From IMG/VR virus record IMGVR_UViG_3300027759_000051: DNA of 64,000 nucleotides. One strand, written 5' to 3'. The first letter of the stretch is position 1. The number at the start of each line of letters is the position of its first letter. The translations under genes were made by a program, and so were the position numbers. Below are positions 1 through 8,633 of this stretch, piece by piece. The notes below the pieces were generated by a model, which saw only the letters and a list, made by a program, of their open reading frames with translations, made no database searches and had not been told where the DNA came from. Origin of the DNA: a virus.

Positions 1-121
1 GTCTTTCCAGGTTGCCACGACGCGGCCCACGACCCTTAAGGATGTCTCCGGTTACGCGCTCCTGCGGGAGATCAAGAATTGCATCTTGGGGAGCTTTTAT
101 CCTTATGTTTCTCTCGTACAT
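1..121 (-). CDS. Phage protein, 5' part only (runs off the window)
   Basis: ATG at 121 reads MYERNIRIKAPQDAILDLPQERVTGDILKGRGPRRGNLER with no stop before the window edge; continues the minus-strand operon. Confidence 0.65.
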   Translation of the reverse strand, partial: MYERNIRIKAPQDAILDLPQERVTGDILKGRGPRRGNLER

Positions 122-133
122 TTTTTCTCAGTT

Positions 134-448
134 CTATTTTTTTGTGTCAAGACTTGTTATAACTGGTAATCCATCTATCATTTTATCATCAATTTGATTT
201 TTCTTTAAAAGAAACATATTGACCCATTCTTTTTTCTTACTTTCCGTAGGCGGAGCCCAAAGAAGGTTGTGAAATGGTGATTTCATTATTTTGTTGATAC
301 CTGTTGTCTTGTTGACGAATGAGAAAAAATTAAACTCCATTACTTTGCCTGCGGCAGTTACAAGTGCACCGTCATTCTCGTCGGGACCGGCATCAATTAT
401 GTAGTAGAGCCTTCTATCTCCCACTGTCCCAACTAGCGTTGCCTTCAT
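134..448 (-). CDS. Hypothetical protein (104 aa)
   Basis: ORF coupled by ATGA overlap to the 303-aa upstream gene. Confidence 0.7.
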   Translation of the reverse strand: MKATLVGTVGDRRLYYIIDAGPDENDGALVTAAGKVMEFNFFSFVNKTTGINKIMKSPFHNLLWAPPTESKKKEWVNMFLLKKNQIDDKMIDGLPVITSLDTKK

Positions 449-1356
449 TTGTCCTCTTTTGCCATCTTCGCTGGTTTATTCATTTTTCCAATATCTTTTG
501 ATATTACTGCAGAGACTTCCCTTTTTATTTTGTTTATCAAAGTTTTCTCTACGCCATCAATCATGTTCGCTGATTTTTCGTATGTTCTTGGATCATCAAT
601 ACTCTTCCCATCTGGGCGATTGAAAAGAACGTAGCCAATACCAAGGTCTTCGTACTTTTTCTTTATATTGAGCGATGTTCTATATACCTTTAGATCTTTT
701 AATGATGGCGTAATCGGTATTGATTTGTTGTATTTATTTTTTAATTCATTTATATTTTGTTCTGATAAATTTTCATTCTTCATTATTGATTCAATGTCAA
801 TTTTTAAAACAACATCAGAAACTTCTGCATTTTCTGAGTCTTGAACGAGTCTGTCGTAAGAGTAGGAAATGCCCTCAATGTCATCGGAGTCAAACCCACC
901 AAGGATCTGTGCCTCTATGGGCTCGGTACCTTCTTTGTATTTACCATTTTTGTCTTTTGAAAGAGATTTTGTTAATCCAGAAAAATCTTTTTCAGTATAC
1001 GATTTAAGTAAACCTAATAATGAGTCAGCTATGTTACTTGCAGACTTTCTTCCATCGGAATTCACCAGCGCATCAACAATTGCATCGCTATCATTTGACG
1101 AGAGTGGGACAGTTCTTCCTCCGGTTTTAAGAGGATCACCTCTTGTGTAAGAAGTTCTATTTGCGGTGTCTTTCCTCAGGATCACTTCTATGTCACCCTG
1201 TGCTTCTATCTCTGGAGGAGCAGATCCAAAGCCCATAGGAGCGTCTTTGTGGACTAGGTAGCCCGACAACGGCCTTGAACTCAATGGGGTATCTTTCGGT
1301 ATCCCATTTCTCTTATTGAACTCTTGCCTTACGAATTCATCTGAACTTCTAGCCAT
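445..1356 (-). CDS. DUF3626-like (ADP-ribosyltransferase-fold-like) protein
   Basis: Motifs RPLSGYLVH, GDIEVILR, RTSYTRGD and IEAQILGG resemble DUF3626 RP.YG / RTTFT.GDS / EAQIHG. Confidence 0.5.
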   Translation of the reverse strand: MARSSDEFVRQEFNKRNGIPKDTPLSSRPLSGYLVHKDAPMGFGSAPPEIEAQGDIEVILRKDTANRTSYTRGDPLKTGGRTVPLSSNDSDAIVDALVNSDGRKSASNIADSLLGLLKSYTEKDFSGLTKSLSKDKNGKYKEGTEPIEAQILGGFDSDDIEGISYSYDRLVQDSENAEVSDVVLKIDIESIMKNENLSEQNINELKNKYNKSIPITPSLKDLKVYRTSLNIKKKYEDLGIGYVLFNRPDGKSIDDPRTYEKSANMIDGVEKTLINKIKREVSAVISKDIGKMNKPAKMAKEDK

Positions 1357-1603
1357 TTCTGTACTCTCCGAGAAGCTCTTCTATGTCTACGTTTGGATAT
1401 AGTTTTTGTGCTTCCTCTTCATCTATTTCGTCAATTTCTGTTGACCCAGTTATTAGTGACTTCATGACTTCACTTGTTTCAATTAGTTCGCCTTCGCGTA
1501 ATTCAAACTCGTCTAACGTTTTTTTTGCATCATCAAATATTAAGACCATAAGTTTTACATTATCTGTATTGTTTTTTACTTTTGTGAAAAATCTTAACCT
1601 CAT
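1349..1603 (-). CDS. Small acidic protein, candidate immunity protein for the upstream RelA/SpoT-like domain
   Basis: 84 aa, acidic, ATGA overlap with the stop of the 2338-aa gene. Confidence 0.55.
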   Translation of the reverse strand: MRLRFFTKVKNNTDNVKLMVLIFDDAKKTLDEFELREGELIETSEVMKSLITGSTEIDEIDEEEAQKLYPNVDIEELLGEYRNG

Positions 1604-4600
1604 GAAGAAACTCCCATTGTTTCCAATTCCCTGATTAGTGACTTTATGTCAACTTCTTGGAATGGCTGAAACTTTGTTTCTCCTATGCTGAGTAACTCGT
1701 CAGGCGGGTATGGAACGCCGATCTTGTTAGCCATTTGAACCATCTCATCATAAAGCTGACGGCGTTGTGCATTGTCTTTTGACTCCCTGTACGTCTCGTA
1801 CAGTTTGTGTATATCTTCTTTGTCTTCAACAGACTGTGGCGTGTGGAACTGTAATTCAAATTTTGTTCCGTCTGGGCCAATTGCTGCGATGTTTATGCCC
1901 TGATATGGGTCATCGCCCTTCCAGTAGTTTTTTATTCTTAGTTTGTATCCAGCGGCTTGTAGTTCTTCTACCATGTTCTTCACGCCGGAAACATATTCTT
2001 CTGGATCAAAAGCAGTTGTGTACCTGATTACGTCGCTCATTGACTCGGCGGCTTTTTGAGCATCGCCGCCATGTTCTGTATCTTTTTCATCAAGGATCTT
2101 GCGGACCAAAGATTTGAGTGCTTTTATTCTAAAGTCAAGACCACGCATTTCTCCTTCATGCTTATTAGCGAGGTCAATCAGTGTCTTTGTTATCTCTTTT
2201 TCTGCTTCTACTAGTTTTTCTCTTTGTGCAGTAGCTGCTTCAATAACGTCTCTTGGGGCGCCGGGTTTTGGTTCGGGGTTATCTGGCTCGATCATGTCGT
2301 AGCCACCGTGCTTGTACTGCACTTTTTTAATTGTTTTACCAGAAGATAGACCTGCCGACCTTCCGGGGGACGAGCCTCCCCTGCCGAATCCGTATTCGTC
2401 TTCAAGTTTCGCTAGGCTTTCTCTATCTTCTCTGCTCCATCCAGAAGTATCTGGGGCAACCGACATGAGGAAATCTCTTATTCCTGCGTCTTCTCCTGCG
2501 TACTCTTGTTCTCTGTCTGCGTCTTGCGAACGGTTGGCTTTTCCTCGCCCTAACTGACTAACGGTATTTCTGTACCAACTTGAGTAATCTGTTGATGCCT
2601 TCTGCTTGGGGTTGAAGTTTTTGGGCTGCTCCGCAGTTCCTTTTCCGAACCATCTTGACCTTGCGTCGTTATACCCAACTTCTCGTGCGCGAAGGAAATC
2701 TGGCGAGAACCTTCCGCCGACCTCATCTCGCTGACGTTCAATTGTGGTGAAACTCATATCCATTCCAGCTTCCCAGTCTGATATGAACTTTTCGTGTGCT
2801 TCGCGTTTTGCGTTCTCTTCTGGGTCTGGGAATTGACGCTCAAGATCAGGATCCCTGTTTGAGTGACGAGTTGTCTTGCGTCCAGAAGATAGACCTGCTG
2901 ACCTTCCAGAAGATAGACCTGCTGGTTGTCTGTCTTGAGTTCCCCACGGAGCGCTTGTCTCTCTCAAGTCCAAAACACGTGCTTGCATATTCTTGTTACC
3001 AAGAGCTCTATGCATAGCAACTCTGTTGTGTCCATCAATTACGAATATCTTGCCAGTTTCATCTATCAGCAGGTATGGGTCGTAACCCTCTCTAAACGGC
3101 TCTTCACCCGAAACAACCTTGTCTATGGAGGATCCCTTGAGGTGTGACTCCGTAGGGAGAATGTCTAGATCAAGATCAACTTTTGAAACAGGAATATCGT
3201 CCCACCCATCCCATGTTTTTGCTGACTCAACGTTGGCATCTTCGGTGTATTCGAGTTTCCAGTCCATCCCGTACTCGCTCATGGGGCGATCCCTGTTTGC
3301 CTTCAAGCCAGGAGACCTATCTGGTGTTGCTCCTTTTTTAATATCCCTAACTACTGGAGGACTAGAATTACCATCGCCTTTTCCTGATTTTGAAGCCATA
3401 CCAAAATCTGTGGCCCACTTGTTTGCTTCCCTGAGTATCTCGGATATTGGAGAGTCAACCACGATAACGTTTAGTTCAAGGTCGCCAAGTTTTCCATCGC
3501 TTAGGTCTCTTCCTACCTGAGCAGCCCATCTGTGGTGTCCGTCAATAACGTAGCCGTCTCTACTTACAAATATTGCTTCACCTTCTGGATCAAATTTTTC
3601 GTTTGTGATCATTCCCACTACTTTTGATCCAACTAACTCATTTTGCGTTGCTTTAAGTTCTGAGGCTTTTACCTTTTTCCTCTTTACGCCTATTCCTATT
3701 TTAGATAGGTGCTCTTCAAATGCTTTTGTTCCGTCAACTCCGCCCCCTTTGTCCTTTGGCAACTTGTCAGCATCAGAACCCGGAACTGGAGTACCACTGA
3801 ACTGTGGCATATTTATTCTTTCTATGCCCTTTGAATCAGAGCAGAACAAGTTTGTTCCCGGCACAGAGACTCTACATAGGTCATAGTTTGGAGCCTTGTC
3901 TCCCTTGCTCAAGGCATCCTGAACTATCTCGTTTAGTTTGTCAATCAATGTTGATACTTGGTCAACTGAATCAAGTTCAACTAATTTTCCTTCTTTTATC
4001 ATCTTCAGGGCATCATCAATTGATTCTGGCTTGAATATTTCTTCGCCACGGGAAGATACTGATTTCTTTGCCCCAGAAGAAAGACCTCTTCTTTTTTCCC
4101 TTCTTGTTCTGACTGCTGCTCTGGCGGCGTTCAGCTTTCCAAATGCCCAGTCCTCTGCGCTTGTGGCATCTATGCCTTTCATTAGCAAGGCAATCATTAG
4201 CAGGTCTTTTGTTCCTTGTAGGTTGTCTGGATCTGCGTTGTTCCACTCATTCCAAGCACTTACCGCAGTTCCGACTAAGCCTGAACTTAACCCAGAACTT
4301 CTTCTAGCAGAATTTTTTGCTTTTTGTTTTTCTATAACAGACGTTATTGCTTCAAAAAGTTCAAAAGAATCAAAATCTGCTTCGTTTTCTGGTATCGCTA
4401 CATCAAGTATGTCTTCAAGCTTTTTCTTTGTATCTAATTCAATTGTTCCATCTTCAACAAGGTAGTCAAGTTCGTCCTTAGCTAGTTCCCGCATAGCCTT
4501 TTTGCCCATTGATGTTGCGAATTTTTTAGACTCATCAGTAGTTAAAGTGTCAAGTGCGTCTCTTAATTGAGCGGCTAGTACATCTCTTCTTCTCTGTTCA

Positions 4601-7600
4601 TTGACAAATGATCTATCGCCGTAGCGAAGTGGTCTGCCGCTTGGCCCAACCATTACATCATCTAACTCTTCGCCAGAAAGTCTGACCCTCGGTCTCTTGT
4701 CTACTGAATTATGGAACTCAAGAGCTTGTTTGATTATTATTTCAGACAGTTCTTCATTTGACTTTGTTTTTAGCAATGTGCGGACTGATTCAGGTACGTC
4801 TGATTCGGATATTTCAATATCGTCGTCGCTTCCGCCGAACTGGAGAACGTCACGTAGCCTCTCAAACGTCTCGGAAGTGCGTGACTGTAGTTCCACTTTT
4901 CTATCTACCGGAGAAAGCTCCTCACCATATACGTCATCAAGTGGGTCTGGATCTGCTTTTGGTGCTCTTCTCTGTGGACTACTTGAAGCTTTTACTACAT
5001 CTATGTCGTCATTTATCTTTTTTGTTTTTGCTTCAATATCTTTTTGTTTTGTAAGCGGGGTAACGACAGTTGAAGACTTTCCTTCTTTTCTTCTCCTCGC
5101 AGCATGGGAGTTTACTGATTTCTCCAACTTCCTTCTTGTCCCCTTGGCATGCTGGTTTGGGTTTGGTCCTTCTTCGCCTATATTTGAGATCATTGAATCG
5201 AGTGACTGCATTGGGTCGTTTTGATGAACTATCTCAGCGATTAGAATCTCATTGCCATCGTCGTCTATTTTTGTGCCTACAATTTTAAGTTTTCCGGGAG
5301 GGAGCAGAAGTTTTTGCTCGTAGTCGTCTGGCTTATCTGAAGATAAATCGCTCCAGTGGGGGAAGTGACCCTTCTGTCCTGCTTGAACCCGAACCATTAC
5401 TCTTGTTGGCTTTTTCCCACCATCAGTAGGGTTGCCTTCCAAGGAATCAGCATTAAATGGTCTTTTCTTACCAAGAACTGAACCCGTAAGTATTCCATCC
5501 ACTATTACCAAATCAGCATCTTTTTTTGCACCTAGTTGATTCAAGTCAAGATCAAGCGTTGTCTCAATCTCAATTGCATCGGTAAGTTCCGACCTGTCAA
5601 TAAGTTCCAGAGATGGTATTAATATGTTGTCAACTTGACCAACCAAAGACCCAGTAAGTCTTGATGTATCGTCAACATCAGCGCCACTGCCGTCAGAGTA
5701 CATTTTGATGGCGCGACGATTTCTTTTGTTTATTGCCTTCGCAGCGCCAACTTGTTTTTCTGGATCTAAAATGTTTCCAATATCAACTTGCTCTGGATCT
5801 GCGAGTTGTGTTATTGCGTCACGCTCTTGTGGTGTTGCTGTTTTTAGAAGTTTTGCTCTTTCGTTTAATGCGTGCTCTTCTGCGTCTTTTTTACTGTTAA
5901 AAGTTTTAGGTTTTGGCTTTTGTTTTTTATTTTTTCCAGAACTAGTTAATATTGCATCAACTTTTTTATCAATAAACTTATTTAGAGAACTTACTGACGC
6001 ATTCTCGTCAGATTCGCTACGCCGATCCCTTATCGCTTGACGATACTTTCTTTTTTCTGCTTGAAGTTTTGATTTTAGATCTTCACTGATGCCATCCTGC
6101 ATGAGATCAACTTCTATCTCAGCAAGCCTGTTTAGTAGTTGTTCTTCTGTATCGTTATTGACATTATTGTTTATTTCTTCAATTCTTCTTTTTTCTGCAA
6201 TTTCAGATATTTCTTTATCTGATAGCAAGCCATTTTGTTCTCTCGCAGTTTTTAAAATGTCAGAAAAGCTATCCTTAAACTTTGAGTTTCCAGCTTTTTC
6301 GTATTCTTTTGCTATGTCACTGAAGTACGAAGAATCGTCAAGATTTCCATCTATTTTTGCTTTTTCTGCACTCGCTTCATGAGCGATTATCGCTTTAATT
6401 ATTTCATCTTCAGAAAGATCTGATGCTAGAGTTTTTACATCTTTTAGATTTTGTGATCTTCTGTCATTTCTTCTTTTTCTCACATCATCAATTGATGATT
6501 GATAATATATTTTATTTTTGGAAACTTTTGATAGCGGACTTGATCCAGCAGTATTGAAAACATCTTGCTCATATAGGTCATATTCTGCCCTATCTTCAAA
6601 AAATCTTCCATCAGAAACGTCATCCATCCACTCAAGCGCCCCATCAACGTCGTCGCCCCATATGAGCCCAGACATTCTTAATGCAAACAATTCAGCAGAT
6701 ACTTCCGCTGCTCGTATCCCTGGGTTTTCTACTGTTTGTGGATACGAGCCAGCAAGAAACTTAACTGAATCAGAACGACTCATAACGTTATTTATGGACT
6801 CAAGAAGATCGGGATCACTAAATGCATCAAGAACCGCTTCTGGTGTTATTTCTTCTACTTTTGTTATTCTTTTTTTATTTCCTTGGTAATCAAAGTATTC
6901 ATAGTATCCATTTGAATCAATTTCTGATTTTATTTTTCTTCCTACTGCGGTTATTTGCAGAGTATGTCCAAGTTCGTGGTACATTATGTGCCTTGCAAAA
7001 CCTTCGTGACCCAAGGCGAGGGCGGCAGTCCTGCGGGCTTCTAGTTGTGAGCTAACTAAGAAGTCGTTAGCGGCTTGTGCATTTTCTGAGTCTGAACCAC
7101 CTATTGCGTCAATCCTCATTCTTGAATACTCATCAAGGCTTGGCAACATTGCTTCTTGGTTGTCCATTATTGTTTCAAGGTCAATACCTATTGTTGAGTG
7201 CTCAAAACCAGAGCCGAAAGCATTTGCCCTTGCCTCATCAGGACCTTCTGGGTTCTTACTCCAGCTTAGTTCCCTTAAGTTTTTTCCTATATGGTCAGGC
7301 ATCTGGACATACGTATCAAGCAATGCGTCGAGCATTGATCTTTCTGTTGCGTACCATCTGTCAACATCTGCTTCAATTAACTGCTGTCTTTGATTGTCAG
7401 ACATTTTTGCCCAAGCTTCTGGGTTTTTGTCTCTTAATCTGTTTGATATGACTGATACAACTTCGCTGTAAGATTTTCTATCAGTAAGTTCTAATTCAAG
7501 CAATCCTCTTTTATTGAGTTCTTCAATTGCTTCTATCCTGTCGGCGTTAACTGCTTCTTTTTCTGGAGATGACTCTATTCCAAGTGAATCCTGAAGTCTA

Positions 7601-8616
7601 GAGACTCGCCGCTTTGATGCTTCAAGACCAGTTCTTGCCCTTTTTGCTCCACTGACAAACCAGCGAAACTCAGACGGTGTTTCCTCTACGGAAACATTCT
7701 CTAGATCTAGTTCTGGAGAATATGGGTCATTTCTATTCTTTGCCCTTGTCTGCTTTACTCCCCAGTGATTTTTCCACCACATATTGTTAAAGACGCGACC
7801 AGAAGAAAGTCCAGCCGTTTGCGGTCTTCCTCTTATTGCATCTCTTTCGCTGAGTTCAATACGTGACATTTCATCTGCCACGCCCGTCACTCTTCGTGCA
7901 AAATCTATTAGTTTCCCTGGAGAAAATCCAAAGCAGTTTGAACCACTTGCATCAGTAAATTGGTTTGCGGCAGGACTTCCTGGAGGGCACCTAAACTTGT
8001 TTAAGTCGTCAACCCATATACCTAGTTTTGCTGCTGCTCTTGCGCCAAGGCTCCCACCGGCAACGCTCCTACCAATATTCATTCCTGGTAATTTTTTAAA
8101 CTCAATAGATTTCTCCATTGGTTCACCAGACCAGAGCTTATAAGGATTTACCCGCTCTTCCGAGCCTTCAATAACTCCACCAGTCTTCGGACTGATCTTG
8201 TATTTACGTACACGGATTTCTGGTTTTTTTCTTTTTTCTTCTGCTTCTGGTTTTGCTTTTTCAACCCAGCCAAAGTTAACATCTTTTCTTGATTCGTTAA
8301 TTTTTGATTGTAGGTTTGGAAGCCACAGGAACGTTTTGTTTTCTCCGCCCTTTTCTCCCGGCTTGAATCTCACACCGTTTATATCAACTACACCAGGAAT
8401 CTCTCCGGTGTTGGTTCTTTTCTTTCCGTCTGAGTCTTTTGCACCAGGGAGTGCTTTGACTGCAAGATCTGCATTAAGGCGTGCAGATTTAATTGAATTT
8501 ATTACTGAGTTCTTAAAAGCTATGGCAGTCTCGTCAAAGTCTCTCATTTCTGAGAGAGGTGAGAAAAGACTAGGAGATAGATAGACTCTATTTTTACGGT
8601 GTCTCTTACCCGTCAT
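1600..8616 (-). CDS. Giant multi-module (polyvalent) protein: zincin HExxH, degenerate ART-like domain, 2x ParB/Srx, shared module, C-terminal RelA/SpoT-like nucleotidyltransferase
   Basis: YHELGH; YEQKLLLPPG; VIDGHHRWAA and VIDGHNRVA; RIKALKSLVRK, DVIRY, YQGIN, ELQFHT; six GLSSG motifs. Confidence 0.8.
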   Translation of the reverse strand: MTGKRHRKNRVYLSPSLFSPLSEMRDFDETAIAFKNSVINSIKSARLNADLAVKALPGAKDSDGKKRTNTGEIPGVVDINGVRFKPGEKGGENKTFLWLPNLQSKINESRKDVNFGWVEKAKPEAEEKRKKPEIRVRKYKISPKTGGVIEGSEERVNPYKLWSGEPMEKSIEFKKLPGMNIGRSVAGGSLGARAAAKLGIWVDDLNKFRCPPGSPAANQFTDASGSNCFGFSPGKLIDFARRVTGVADEMSRIELSERDAIRGRPQTAGLSSGRVFNNMWWKNHWGVKQTRAKNRNDPYSPELDLENVSVEETPSEFRWFVSGAKRARTGLEASKRRVSRLQDSLGIESSPEKEAVNADRIEAIEELNKRGLLELELTDRKSYSEVVSVISNRLRDKNPEAWAKMSDNQRQQLIEADVDRWYATERSMLDALLDTYVQMPDHIGKNLRELSWSKNPEGPDEARANAFGSGFEHSTIGIDLETIMDNQEAMLPSLDEYSRMRIDAIGGSDSENAQAANDFLVSSQLEARRTAALALGHEGFARHIMYHELGHTLQITAVGRKIKSEIDSNGYYEYFDYQGNKKRITKVEEITPEAVLDAFSDPDLLESINNVMSRSDSVKFLAGSYPQTVENPGIRAAEVSAELFALRMSGLIWGDDVDGALEWMDDVSDGRFFEDRAEYDLYEQDVFNTAGSSPLSKVSKNKIYYQSSIDDVRKRRNDRRSQNLKDVKTLASDLSEDEIIKAIIAHEASAEKAKIDGNLDDSSYFSDIAKEYEKAGNSKFKDSFSDILKTAREQNGLLSDKEISEIAEKRRIEEINNNVNNDTEEQLLNRLAEIEVDLMQDGISEDLKSKLQAEKRKYRQAIRDRRSESDENASVSSLNKFIDKKVDAILTSSGKNKKQKPKPKTFNSKKDAEEHALNERAKLLKTATPQERDAITQLADPEQVDIGNILDPEKQVGAAKAINKRNRRAIKMYSDGSGADVDDTSRLTGSLVGQVDNILIPSLELIDRSELTDAIEIETTLDLDLNQLGAKKDADLVIVDGILTGSVLGKKRPFNADSLEGNPTDGGKKPTRVMVRVQAGQKGHFPHWSDLSSDKPDDYEQKLLLPPGKLKIVGTKIDDDGNEILIAEIVHQNDPMQSLDSMISNIGEEGPNPNQHAKGTRRKLEKSVNSHAARRRKEGKSSTVVTPLTKQKDIEAKTKKINDDIDVVKASSSPQRRAPKADPDPLDDVYGEELSPVDRKVELQSRTSETFERLRDVLQFGGSDDDIEISESDVPESVRTLLKTKSNEELSEIIIKQALEFHNSVDKRPRVRLSGEELDDVMVGPSGRPLRYGDRSFVNEQRRRDVLAAQLRDALDTLTTDESKKFATSMGKKAMRELAKDELDYLVEDGTIELDTKKKLEDILDVAIPENEADFDSFELFEAITSVIEKQKAKNSARRSSGLSSGLVGTAVSAWNEWNNADPDNLQGTKDLLMIALLMKGIDATSAEDWAFGKLNAARAAVRTRREKRRGLSSGAKKSVSSRGEEIFKPESIDDALKMIKEGKLVELDSVDQVSTLIDKLNEIVQDALSKGDKAPNYDLCRVSVPGTNLFCSDSKGIERINMPQFSGTPVPGSDADKLPKDKGGGVDGTKAFEEHLSKIGIGVKRKKVKASELKATQNELVGSKVVGMITNEKFDPEGEAIFVSRDGYVIDGHHRWAAQVGRDLSDGKLGDLELNVIVVDSPISEILREANKWATDFGMASKSGKGDGNSSPPVVRDIKKGATPDRSPGLKANRDRPMSEYGMDWKLEYTEDANVESAKTWDGWDDIPVSKVDLDLDILPTESHLKGSSIDKVVSGEEPFREGYDPYLLIDETGKIFVIDGHNRVAMHRALGNKNMQARVLDLRETSAPWGTQDRQPAGLSSGRSAGLSSGRKTTRHSNRDPDLERQFPDPEENAKREAHEKFISDWEAGMDMSFTTIERQRDEVGGRFSPDFLRAREVGYNDARSRWFGKGTAEQPKNFNPKQKASTDYSSWYRNTVSQLGRGKANRSQDADREQEYAGEDAGIRDFLMSVAPDTSGWSREDRESLAKLEDEYGFGRGGSSPGRSAGLSSGKTIKKVQYKHGGYDMIEPDNPEPKPGAPRDVIEAATAQREKLVEAEKEITKTLIDLANKHEGEMRGLDFRIKALKSLVRKILDEKDTEHGGDAQKAAESMSDVIRYTTAFDPEEYVSGVKNMVEELQAAGYKLRIKNYWKGDDPYQGINIAAIGPDGTKFELQFHTPQSVEDKEDIHKLYETYRESKDNAQRRQLYDEMVQMANKIGVPYPPDELLSIGETKFQPFQEVDIKSLIRELETMGVSS

Positions 8617-8633
8617 CTGCGGGCCAGTCTTTC

